This document shows positions 1-9,300 of a stretch of 64,000 nucleotides of DNA, in pieces (within the stretch, counting starts at the first letter, position 1; every line of letters begins with the position of its first letter). Origin of the DNA: a virus; IMG/VR virus record IMGVR_UViG_3300045988_110999. One strand, 5' to 3'. Below the pieces are notes generated by a model. That model did not search any database. It was not told where the DNA came from and saw only the letters and a list, made by a program, of their open reading frames with translations. The position numbers and the translations under genes were made by a program.

Positions 1-154
1 CTAATGTCCTCTCTCTCATTAACAAATATTAGGTTATAACTAGGTTATTTTACCACATTAGCATCATATATGGAATAGTTTTCGGGAAATTTAGCTTATT
101 TTTTTTATTTCCGGATACAACATATACAACATTAAACACAATAACGTGATTCGC

Positions 155-177
155 GTTGCAGTAAATGTTGCAGTAAA
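155..177. repeat. Tandem direct repeat GTTGCAGTAAA x2, operator-like, upstream of the XRE regulator
   Basis: GTTGCAGTAAA at 155-165 and again at 167-177, in the AT-rich leader of the 291..623 gene. Confidence 0.45.
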
Positions 178-290
178 ATAGAATATTTGTTTGGTATGCT
201 TAATTTTGAGCACACCCCCTGATTGGGTGATTAAAATTTGCCTCTCCTATCCACTTTATGTTATTATTAACTAAAAAAGAGGTGATTAAT

Positions 291-623
291 TTGCCACTAT
301 CATTAGCCCAACGATTAACGAAACTAAGAAAAGACCACGACATGACACAAACAGAATTAGCAAAAAAGATGGGAGTAGGGCAATCCCTCATTTGGAGGTG
401 GGAATCAGGGGAGATAAAGAGGCTTCGCCCAGACAAGGTTGCAAAGCTAGCTGAAATATATGGAGTAAGTGAGGAGTACATAGCTACCGGGATAGATATC
501 GGCAACCTTCCCACTGAGGTTGAAGAGTGGCTCCATAAGCCGGAGAATCGTGAGAGGGTGATAGACTTCTACAAGCGATACAAACTCCTAGAGACCAAAG
601 AGAAATTAGATGATATAAAATAA
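291..623 (+). CDS. XRE/Cro-CI family helix-turn-helix transcriptional regulator
   Basis: ORF track 258..623. 'LAQRLTKLRKDHDMTQTELAKKMGVGQSLIWRWESGE' is a typical XRE HTH. TTG at 291 follows AAAGAGGTGA by 6 nt; ATG at 258 has no SD. Confidence 0.85.
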   Translation: MPLSLAQRLTKLRKDHDMTQTELAKKMGVGQSLIWRWESGEIKRLRPDKVAKLAEIYGVSEEYIATGIDIGNLPTEVEEWLHKPENRERVIDFYKRYKLLETKEKLDDIK

Positions 624-648
624 GAGCCCCAGCGGGGCTCTATTTTTT
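624..648. terminator. Bidirectional rho-independent terminator between convergent genes
   Basis: GAGCCCC-AGC-GGGGCTC stem-loop followed by a T-run, lying between the stop of the + gene (623) and the stop of dnaE (647). Confidence 0.7.
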
Positions 649-3600
649 ATGCCAATTTGGCTTCGGCGAAATCAAAGATTCGATTGTTGCGTACTTTCAT
701 GATATATACATTATGGGCTTTGATGTCTTTGTACCGGTCATTAAAGATGACCAAATCATGAACAGACTTATTATCCCGGACTTTTACGAAGGCCATGTTC
801 TTCCCGGTCTTAGTTTTTCTCCCTTTGACATTCAAGACTTCGTATCCGAAGATATCCACATTATTCACTAAGTCCATCTTGTATTTTGAGAATATATCTC
901 CAAAGCTCATGCCTAATACCTTAGACTCTTCCATCTGTTCATTATACATAGTGGGCGTATATTTAAACTCTCCTTTAGACTTCCTTTTATCTTTTGCCCA
1001 TACAATATATTGTAGCATCTCATCTCTGTTCCCTTTGAATACACCAGCTTTGACTAAGTTACTCAAGACTGTCTTATTCATGTTGATATTGGCTTCCAAA
1101 AACGTTTTGAAGTCTTCCGGGGAGTCTTTGGGAATCTGCGTGTTGCCTATTCCAGAGATACAGTTAAGCCCAAGAATAATATAGGACCCTTCTTCGTCGT
1201 AGTCCGAGTAACAGTTATGATGGGAAAGCTGGGGAGGGAGAATCTTAATCCCCATATGCATAGCTTCAAGAATGTAAGAGGCAAGTTTCGGTTTATCCTT
1301 GCAGTTAGAGTCCAACAAGGAAGCCATGAAGGCCGCTGGGTAATGAGCTTTTAAATAGGCTGTAGCCCATGCTGTCATGCCATAGGCCGCAGAATGGGAG
1401 TTAGAGACGACCAAGCCATTATTTACGACTACGGTATGGTTCGGAGCGGCCATCTCGATATCATAGACATCTTCTATGCCTACGTAGGTGATGCTTGAGA
1501 TTCTGGTTGTAAGCAATTCATATCCATTATCTCCCTTACGTTTTCTTCCCATTTTGTAGTGGGCTTTTTTGTGACAAGAGACGCAGAGCCATGCTAAGTT
1601 TTCTGGGTAATTATTGGTTCTATCACCATTGATGTGATGCATTTCAAAACGCGTATCTCCGTCATAAGCGGTTCCGCACATTTCGCAAGGTTCCTTAGAA
1701 CTAATAGCAGTAGCTCTTGCTGTTTCATAAGCTTCGTAATGACTACCTTCTATTTTCTGGAAACCTCTTTGCCCCTTTTGGGGAAGGTTAGAAGGAGATT
1801 TCCCATCCTTGTAGAGTCTATAGTCATACGAATTTTTCACCATGTTCCCTTTAACATATACCTCATCTCCCACCTTGAGGTCTTTCATGTATTTCATGCC
1901 GGAAGGAGTAGGGATTTTATGAAGGGATGTGCATTTAACGAACTTACCATCTTCGGTTTCTACCTTGTAGACCTTGTTCTTACCGGAGTAGAAAACATTA
2001 ACGATGTCGTTTTTCTTGATTCTATCTCCAGTGATGGATAACGCCTTTCCGTATCCGTAAGTACGATATTTAGATGAGAGGTCTTTGTGACCATTTGCTT
2101 TAGCCCATCCTACATCGTTCTTCGTAAGGTACATTTCTCTGATAGTTAATGGTTTATATTCATTTGCGTCTCTCATAATTATCGTATCTCCTGACAAGCA
2201 GTGGTTAAAACCATAGGCGGCAAAGGTAATAATGTTATCAGTCAGTCTCTTCATCTGGGCTTCTGAGTATCCATTTTTTACCCCTCTCACAATCATATCA
2301 TCGACAGCTGGTTTCATTTCGTCTACCACCTTACGACCAATGATTCGGCGGAGGTTATCGGCCTCCCCAAGGGAATAACCGCATATCTTCCGGGCAATCT
2401 GCATGATTTGTTCCTGATACAGGATGACGCCTTCTGTATCCCGGAGTATAGGTTCTAATTCTGGGATATCGTATACAGTCGGTTCTTGATGGTTACGGCG
2501 GCGGAGGAAAGTCTCTGCCATTCCAGAATCCAACGGCCCAGGTCTACCCAATGCTACAACAGCTGACATGTCTTCTACATTCTTGACATTCATCCTAATA
2601 ATGATACCGGTCATGACATTTGATTCAATCTGGAAGCAACCGCTTGTATCCCCCTTTCGTAGCATGGCCGCAGTTGTCTTGTCGTCTACGGGAATCTTGG
2701 CCACGTCGAGGTCAATGCCGGCACGGTGTTTAGTTTGCTCGATGATATCTAGAGTTTCAAGGCCGAGGATATCAAGCTTCAATAACCCCTGTGCTTCCAG
2801 CTGGTGGAAGTCGTGGCAGACAACCATGTTATCCCCTTGTTTCTCTATAGCTGTCCAGTTACATACATCCTCCGGACTTACCAATACTGCCGAAGCATGG
2901 CATCCATAAGAAATGATGTGGCCACGGAATTTCATAGCCAAGGCCTTCCATTTCTTTTGTAAGGAAGTCTTCTCTGGCATATCTTCGACTATGTTAATAT
3001 TTTTGCTCATCTTGGTATATTCAGCAGGTTTAATAAGCTCCTTGTTTCTACACTCTATAGAGGCATCGTGGTCAGCAAGGCGTTTATTTTCTTCCGCCTT
3101 CTTTCTGTACGAGTCTGTCTTTTTGTACTCACTAACCAAATCCAGATAATGTTTTCCGTTTATCGCCTGTGCGGCTCTTTGTACGGCTGATTTATCTTGG
3201 ACATAGCTGATAGTACGAACCTGATATACTTCCCCATATTTCTCTTTTACGTATTCGATAACGTCGTCTCTTCTAGGAGTAGACACATCAGTATCTATGT
3301 CCGGTGGGGTTACACGTTCCGGGTTGGCGAACCGTTCAAATACGAGGTTATACTTAATAGGGTCCAATTTCGTAATGCCCATGAGGTACGCAGTCAGGCT
3401 ACCAACTACAGAGCCACGTCCTAAACCTGTTGGAATCCCAGCTTCCCTGCAATGTCGAATCATGTCATCAATGATACAGAAGTAATTGAGATAACCAAGG
3501 TCGCTCAGGATTTTGAATTCATGCCGTACCTGTTCGATGTACTTAGCACGATCCGGGTAGTTGCTAATTCCCAAGGCTTTGAATCCTTCGTTACATTTCT

Positions 3601-4423
3601 GCTTTACGTAGGTAGCTGGGTCATCGCAGAATACCGGGTAGTGCTGACCACCAAACTCGATTTCTACATTACATTTATCGACGATTCCCTGTACGTTGTC
3701 AAGGTAAGGCCTTGCGTCAATGTTATAGCCTTTGAACCAGTCTAGTACCTCTTTCTCGCTCCGGAGGTAATAATCATCAGAAGCGTAATACTGAGAGTCG
3801 TCACCGAGTCCGAGCCATAACTTATGGGCCTGAATATCTTCCTCGTTAATGTAATGGCTATCTAAGGTAACGATAGTCTTTGTCCCGGGGAAATAGTCTT
3901 TCCACTTCTCATTATATTCAATCTGCTCTGGGAAATCATGTGGCTGAATCTCAATATACAAATCATCACCAAATATCTCTAATAAGTCATTGTAAAGGGA
4001 ATCCGGTTCCGGAGAACTTAACGGCCCGGCAATGCAGGCTGTGGTGCAGATGAGGCCTTCATGATACTGTTTGAGGGCTTCGATTCCGATTCTCGGCTTC
4101 CGATAAAAATGTTCATGAGCGTAGGTATCTAGTTTCATCATATTCTTATACCCTACGTTATCTTTAGCCAGAATCAAGAGATGGTATGTCGGAGCTTCCT
4201 TTACGGTGATTTCATTGGTATAATAGAATTCACAACCGAGGATAGGCTTGATACCCTGTTTCTTGCACTCTTCATAGAAGTCAATAAGCCCTGTCACGGT
4301 CCCATGGTCTGTGATAGCCAGTGCCGGATATCCAAGTTCTTTGGCTCTACTCACTAAATCAGGAATCTTGGCATATCCATCATGCAGACTATAGTCGGTA
4401 TGAGTATGTAGATTACTAAACAT
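647..4423 (-). CDS. dnaE: DNA polymerase III alpha subunit (DnaE-type, N-terminal PHP domain), interrupted by an intein
   Basis: PHP motif 'NLHTHTDYSLHDGYAKIPDLVSRAKELGYPALAITDHGTVTG'; 'GRGSVVGSL', 'PDIDTD'. ATG at 4423 is preceded by GGAAAGGAG; the track ORF extends spuriously to 4540. Confidence 0.95.
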   Translation of the reverse strand: MFSNLHTHTDYSLHDGYAKIPDLVSRAKELGYPALAITDHGTVTGLIDFYEECKKQGIKPILGCEFYYTNEITVKEAPTYHLLILAKDNVGYKNMMKLDTYAHEHFYRKPRIGIEALKQYHEGLICTTACIAGPLSSPEPDSLYNDLLEIFGDDLYIEIQPHDFPEQIEYNEKWKDYFPGTKTIVTLDSHYINEEDIQAHKLWLGLGDDSQYYASDDYYLRSEKEVLDWFKGYNIDARPYLDNVQGIVDKCNVEIEFGGQHYPVFCDDPATYVKQKCNEGFKALGISNYPDRAKYIEQVRHEFKILSDLGYLNYFCIIDDMIRHCREAGIPTGLGRGSVVGSLTAYLMGITKLDPIKYNLVFERFANPERVTPPDIDTDVSTPRRDDVIEYVKEKYGEVYQVRTISYVQDKSAVQRAAQAINGKHYLDLVSEYKKTDSYRKKAEENKRLADHDASIECRNKELIKPAEYTKMSKNINIVEDMPEKTSLQKKWKALAMKFRGHIISYGCHASAVLVSPEDVCNWTAIEKQGDNMVVCHDFHQLEAQGLLKLDILGLETLDIIEQTKHRAGIDLDVAKIPVDDKTTAAMLRKGDTSGCFQIESNVMTGIIIRMNVKNVEDMSAVVALGRPGPLDSGMAETFLRRRNHQEPTVYDIPELEPILRDTEGVILYQEQIMQIARKICGYSLGEADNLRRIIGRKVVDEMKPAVDDMIVRGVKNGYSEAQMKRLTDNIITFAAYGFNHCLSGDTIIMRDANEYKPLTIREMYLTKNDVGWAKANGHKDLSSKYRTYGYGKALSITGDRIKKNDIVNVFYSGKNKVYKVETEDGKFVKCTSLHKIPTPSGMKYMKDLKVGDEVYVKGNMVKNSYDYRLYKDGKSPSNLPQKGQRGFQKIEGSHYEAYETARATAISSKEPCEMCGTAYDGDTRFEMHHINGDRTNNYPENLAWLCVSCHKKAHYKMGRKRKGDNGYELLTTRISSITYVGIEDVYDIEMAAPNHTVVVNNGLVVSNSHSAAYGMTAWATAYLKAHYPAAFMASLLDSNCKDKPKLASYILEAMHMGIKILPPQLSHHNCYSDYDEEGSYIILGLNCISGIGNTQIPKDSPEDFKTFLEANINMNKTVLSNLVKAGVFKGNRDEMLQYIVWAKDKRKSKGEFKYTPTMYNEQMEESKVLGMSFGDIFSKYKMDLVNNVDIFGYEVLNVKGRKTKTGKNMAFVKVRDNKSVHDLVIFNDRYKDIKAHNVYIMKVRNNRIFDFAEAKLA
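1400..2200 (-). mobile_element. Class 1 intein (267 aa) with HNH endonuclease domain inside DnaE
   Basis: Extein junction 'AAYGFNH|CLSGDTIIM ... LVVSN|SHSAAYG' restores the DnaE 'GFNxSHSAAY' motif. Block B is 'CTSLHK'. HNH is 'HHINGDRTNNYPENLAWLCVSCHKKAH'. 801 nt, in frame. Confidence 0.9.
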
Positions 4424-4466
4424 ATATACGACTCCTTTCCCTATGTCAAAATTACTATATATGAGT

Positions 4467-4495
4467 ATTTTAACACATAAAGTGAGTATTTTCAA
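4467..4495 (-). promoter_or_regulatory. Sigma-70-like promoter upstream of dnaE
   Basis: Minus strand reads TTGAAA-ATACTCACTTTATGTGT(17 nt)-TAAAAT, about 45 nt upstream of the dnaE ATG. Confidence 0.55.
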
Positions 4496-4563
4496 CTGAG
4501 ACAAAAATAAGGCCACCCAAACGAGGGTGGCCATAAGCATAAAATGCTGTTTTTTGTCATTTG

Positions 4564-4587
4564 AGGCCCTCTCAAGGGCCTTTTTTT
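4564..4587 (+). terminator. Stem-loop plus T7 run (terminator-like; insulates the lysis cassette from dnaE)
   Basis: AGGCCCT-CTCA-AGGGCCT followed by TTTTTTT on the + strand. Confidence 0.4.
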
Positions 4588-4630
4588 ACATATAACAGGA
4601 TGGGCAGGTATAATTTGTAATGAAAGATTT

Positions 4631-4652
4631 AGTGGCCCAAAATTGGGCCACT
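4631..4652 (-). terminator. Stem-loop directly after the last lysis-cassette gene
   Basis: AGTGGCCCAA/TTGGGCCACT palindrome 6 nt downstream of the stop at 4658; only a weak U-tract follows. Confidence 0.45.
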
Positions 4653-4657
4653 CAGGG

Positions 4658-5104
4658 CTATTTTGAGGCAGCATACAGGATAGCTGTTCCCGCTACAATC
4701 CAAGCTATCTTATTCTGCCGGTTCTTGATTTCCAGTTTGTGTTTCAGTGATTCCGTTTGCTCGGTCAATGTCTGCAAATTCGTCTCTAATTTCTCCAAGG
4801 AGTCGCTGGCTGTCTTCGATGACTGTTCGGCTTTGCTCATTGCTGTCTTGCAGTCTTCCAGCTGTTTTTTCAGCGTCGTCAGCTCTTGCTTGTCCGTTTC
4901 GGAGTTCTGTTCTAGTGTTGTCAAGTTCAGTTCGAGCTGTGCTACTTTCATCTTTAATCTGCTGTATTGTTCGAGTGACATCTGCACCATCTGCGTCTGC
5001 GGAACTTCGGCTGTCGTGGAAGACGCAAAAGAGAACGACGCAAAGAACGGCAACAATGCCAAGCAAAACCCAACGGATAAGGTTTTTATTGGATTCCACA
5101 TCAT
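4658..5104 (-). CDS. Membrane-anchored coiled-coil protein of the lysis cassette (function unknown)
   Basis: Hydrophobic N-terminus 'LSVGFCLALLPFFASFSFA', long heptad-like middle, C-terminal TM 'IAWIVAGTAILYAA'. Start overlaps the endolysin stop (GGAGGCATGATG). Confidence 0.7.
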   Translation of the reverse strand: MMWNPIKTLSVGFCLALLPFFASFSFASSTTAEVPQTQMVQMSLEQYSRLKMKVAQLELNLTTLEQNSETDKQELTTLKKQLEDCKTAMSKAEQSSKTASDSLEKLETNLQTLTEQTESLKHKLEIKNRQNKIAWIVAGTAILYAASK

Positions 5105-5667
5105 GCCTCCATATAAGAAATATTGGAATCTAACTGATTTGCCCCGTACTGTTCCGAATCACTGTACTGCCAGATGTCACATTCAAGGGACGGAGAACTG
5201 TCGTACTGAGCCAGCCAGATAGAATATTTCCCTTTCAAATAGTCGTAATCCAAGATATTAGTAAACCAATCGTAGTTAGCATAAACACCGGTATTAAGAT
5301 TGAGAGCATCAGCAAAAGCATCGCACATAGCAGTGGCAGAACAAGAATCCCAACTGTTATTTTCACGCCATCTGCTATATTCTTGGTCAAAGAAGACAGG
5401 AAGTTCGAGCAGACCTCCCCAATTCTCGATAATGTCACGGCAGTATTCACCTTCCTTTCGAGCTTGGTCTACGTCCAGCGCATAGCTGAACCAGTAAGCC
5501 CCTACTTTGAAGCCACGGTTAAGGGCTTCGGTAGCATAGTCCTTAAACTTAGAATCTTCGTGACCTTGCCCGTACCCAGCTCGGACGATAACGAACTCGA
5601 CGCCAGCAGCCTGCAATGCGTCCCAATCAATGAAACTTTGGTTTTCAGAAATGTCTACACCTTTGAT
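5101..5667 (-). CDS. GH25 muramidase (endolysin); start codon unresolved
   Basis: 'KGVDISENQSFIDWDALQAAGVEFVIVRAGYG...GAYWFSY...LPVFFDQE' is a GH25 pattern. The track starts at TTG 5616, but the conserved N-terminus continues in frame up to a TGA at 5668-5670 with no ATG/GTG/TTG. Confidence 0.8.
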   Translation of the reverse strand: MKGVDISENQSFIDWDALQAAGVEFVIVRAGYGQGHEDSKFKDYATEALNRGFKVGAYWFSYALDVDQARKEGEYCRDIIENWGGLLELPVFFDQEYSRWRENNSWDSCSATAMCDAFADALNLNTGVYANYDWFTNILDYDYLKGKYSIWLAQYDSSPSLECDIWQYSDSEQYGANQLDSNISYMEA

Positions 5668-5948
5668 TCAACATCACTCCTATTCTTTGAACCGTCTACG
5701 GGCCGGGGAGGAATCGGATATTCACCGGAGGGACTGTTCTTCGTGGAATCTACCAACCATTTGAACAGACCAACCAAACCCATACCACAAGCAGAAATCC
5801 CTTGCCAGCATGAGTTAATCTCGAAATGAGTCCCCCACAGCCCATTAGACCAATAACCATATAACCAAGATAAAAGAACTACGAGAGCCGAAAAAAGCCC
5901 GAATGCCATACAGATGTACGACATATTGGACTTCATAGCTACAAACAT
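5655..5948 (-). CDS. Holin-like small multi-TM membrane protein
   Basis: Hydrophobic segments 'ICMAFGLFSALVVLLSWLYGYW' and 'ISACGMGLVGLFKWLV'. ATG at 5948 lies 1 nt after the upstream TAA. Sits immediately upstream of the endolysin. Confidence 0.65.
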   Translation of the reverse strand: MFVAMKSNMSYICMAFGLFSALVVLLSWLYGYWSNGLWGTHFEINSCWQGISACGMGLVGLFKWLVDSTKNSPSGEYPIPPRPVDGSKNRSDVESKV

Positions 5949-5949
5949 T

Positions 5950-6321
5950 TTATTTACTGTACGAGTCAACCCTTTTTTGAATATCATCCAATCTCCGTTC
6001 TACAGACTCGAAACGTTCATGGAACCGGGCTTCGTCGAGGGCCAGCTGTTGCTGTTCAGCACCGATACGGTTCACTAAACTATTTAGATTGGATATACTC
6101 TGCACGAGCTGGTCGTACTTATCTCCGAGCATCTTGGCCCGTTCCCTCTGACGCTCTTCCCTTTCGTTCTCCCTTTCTTCAATCACTTGATCGTATTTCT
6201 CTCTCCATTCCCGTTCCTTGTCACGATGTGAAAAATACGGCTTGAGGATGGCCTCTCGGAAGCCACCCAATGCCGTACAAATCAAAATCAAAGCTTCTAT
6301 AACTGTTGTGAAATTCTCCAT
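5950..6321 (-). CDS. N-terminal TM plus charged coiled-coil protein (lysis-associated?)
   Basis: 'TVIEALILICTALGGF' TM followed by an E/R-rich helix; sits between the giant protein and the holin-like gene. Confidence 0.6.
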   Translation of the reverse strand: MENFTTVIEALILICTALGGFREAILKPYFSHRDKEREWREKYDQVIEERENEREERQRERAKMLGDKYDQLVQSISNLNSLVNRIGAEQQQLALDEARFHERFESVERRLDDIQKRVDSYSK

Positions 6322-6331
6322 TCATACCCCC

Positions 6332-9300
6332 TTACTTCACGAATTCCTGAGCCGTCTTGGACAGGTCCCTGACTTCCTGTGCCGCCGGGCTCTTTGCTTT
6401 CTTCGGAACGGTCTTGACTGAGTTTTCCATAGCTGTTGTATCTTTCGTTTTCAGTAATTTCGCAATATCTCTGTCACTCATACCGTAAATCTTTAATGCC
6501 TCGTAGTTATCCGTATTCGGATTCTTGATATATTCTTTCTTCGCTTGGGACTTACATTCGTTATATTTCTGGGTAGCCAGTTTCATGACGCGGGTAGCAT
6601 CCGAAGAGTTCGTCTCTGCCATCGTCCGGAAACCGAAAACCTTAAGGAGCTGGTCGTAGGGGGTGTATTTCGCTGTGATTTGTCCGTATTTGTTTTCTTT
6701 CTTACCGGTTACAGCTTCTTCAAGAGCACCCAATCTCGGAGCCAGAGACCGAATGATTCCGTTTCCTTGTGCGATATTGGATACGGTCGATACAGTAGGC
6801 CCAAGGTCGAACTGGATAGCATCGCCAAGGCCAATATTACCGGAAAGGTTGATACCAGCCAATGACGGAGCCCCATACAGAGCTACGTTGACCAAGGCTT
6901 TCTTCGCAGAGGAGCCACCGGCCCAGTTAATCATACCTTTCTTCAAAGCCATGACAGGGCTGTGTCCCGTCGTCTTATCGAAGATGTCGTCTACTAGATT
7001 AGCACAAGGCATACCCAAAGCGCCAGCCATGATGAACATGGGAACGAGGAACCGGATATTCTCTTCTTTTGTATTGTGGAGTATAAAGTTCAACGTGAAC
7101 AGTGGATATTTCTTGAATTGGAGGAGGAGTTTACCTGTTACCCCGGCTTCGGTCATAGCTAACGGAGAGTCTGTTACCGAGTAGTTGAAGTTCGTTTCTG
7201 TAACCAAGTCTTTTGTTTTGTTGAATACAAATTCTTTCCGAACACTTTCCGTTGTAGGCTTAGGGGCTTTAAAAGGATAATGGTTCTGTCTAGCTCGTTC
7301 TTTCTTCGTCTGCCATGAAGTAATAGCTTCGTTCAGCATCATCTTCTTTTCGTCGTGAGTGAGGGCTTTGAAGTCATCCATGGCTTTCAGGTAGCCACCG
7401 ATTGCCGTTGCTTTACGCGCCCACTTATCACCAACGTTAAAGAACCACATAGACTTGTCTGTAAAGTCTTTGGCCGATTTGCCGAATAGGATTTTCTTAT
7501 CAAAGACACCCGTAGGACGACCGAGGATTTCCGAGTCGATAGCTACGCTTCTTTCGTTGATTCCGATATAGTCATAAAGCTCTTTCCATTTAGCATCGTT
7601 TTTCGATCCGGTTGCTTCTTTGAGACCCGTCCGGAAGTATTTAGACATACCGACGAACTTGTTACCACCGAGTTTTGCGTTGGCGTTCAAGACCTGAAAA
7701 GCCTGTACAGCCAGTGAAGCCGGTCGGAACAAACCAAGTTTCAAGAGGTTCTGTAAAGACAGCGTGTCTTTGGCAAGGCCCGTGTAAAGGTTATGACCGT
7801 ACCGTCTGCGGAGCAGGGAACCTATACCTGTCGGGTCTTTTTCTGCGAGCAGATTCATGTAGTCGTTAATCATCCGGTCGAGGGCTGTAACGGAAGTCGG
7901 GCGGTGATTAGCTTCGATGTACGTCTTTAAGAATTTCTGTTCGTTCGTCGTGGCTTCTTCCCGGATGTCTTTGTGGTACTTGCTCGTGTAGTAGGCTGTA
8001 GCTTCTGCGTAGAACTTCGCTTTACTGATGAAGTTGCCGGAGGTGATGAGGTAACGATATACCGAGTCTGCTACGTTCTGGCTGTAACCGCTGGCTCCGG
8101 AACGCTTCTGGAAGAACGGGTTGAACTGTTGTTTCATATTGGCACTGTTAATGATATTATTCAGTTCATCTTGGGAGATGGTAGCGTCCTTCTTCATCTT
8201 CTGGAGCTTTTTGTACAGACCCGTTACCCGAATCTGGGACTGGAGCTTTTTGACATAATTGTCATGGGCGGCACTGCCTGTATTACTCTTGTACCGGTTT
8301 ACCTTTTCGATATGGGCCATAACATCCTTGACAGCGACCGTATGATGTTCCTTGAACAGGGAATTGAATACCCTTTTGAGCGTTTCGTTATAGTTACCTG
8401 TATCATTGTTCGATTCACTGACGGAGATTAACCCTTCATCGTTCAGCTGTTTAAGCTGGTCTTCCGTCATCCGGTCGACCTTAGCCAATCTATCTCCGTG
8501 AGCCATAGCGTTGATAGGATTGATTTCTGCCCAGTAAGCTTCCTGCCCAGCTCGATTCAGTTCTTTTACTTTCTTAGAGGCTTCGGAGGCGTTATAGAAG
8601 CTGGCAGTGCGGACAAAGGTCTTAGTATCTTTATCTTTTATCCAGACGACATAAGGGAGGTGGATTTGCGGGAAATAACCGTTAAGCTTCTTCGGGAGCT
8701 TGTAGTTGGCCCCGGATTCTTTTGCGGCCTGTACAGACGTTTCGTAGACCTTATCCATCATATCCCGGTACTTCATAAAGGAATTCATGACGTTATCCAC
8801 CTGGGATGACTTCATCGGCTTATCCGAAAGGGACCGAATCATGGAAACATAAGCTTCTTTTTCGTGGACTTTTGCGTATTTCTGAGCAGCAGCCTCGGAT
8901 TTGAAAGCGGCACTGCCTTTGGGAAGAGCGAATACCGTGAATCCTTTGCCGAAACCAGCGTTTTCGTTTTCTTCCGATTCCTGAATCATCTTTGACAGAC
9001 GATATTTACCGGAGTTGCGGATTTCCTGCATCTTCTTGAGGGCTTCGGGAGCGCTGTCGTAGTGTTCGATAAATGCGTCGTGACGGACCGCAAGGTGGAT
9101 TCCATCGTCGAGGTTGATGACTTGCATCGGGTCTCGGTGCATTTCATTGGCTTTGAGGACGAGGGAGTCGAATACTTTCCGTTCGTCTTTGTCGAGGCCT
9201 TTGAATACGTCTAAGAATTTCTGAGAGTAATCACCAACGAACTTTTCCATCTTGCGGCGGGCTCCGTCTGCTAACCGGTAGATAGGCATACCATCGGGGA

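Noticed and set aside
200-514. 104-aa minus-strand ORF overlapping the XRE regulator
   Set aside because: It is antisense to a gene with a clear HTH motif and SD, and has no motif or SD of its own.
4620-5222. Alternative ORFs (4620..5222 +, 4710..5099 -, 4747..5133 +) across the coiled-coil gene
   Set aside because: Repetitive E/K/Q/L-rich coding sequence keeps several frames open. Only 4658..5104 has an SD-coupled start at the endolysin stop together with signal/TM termini.
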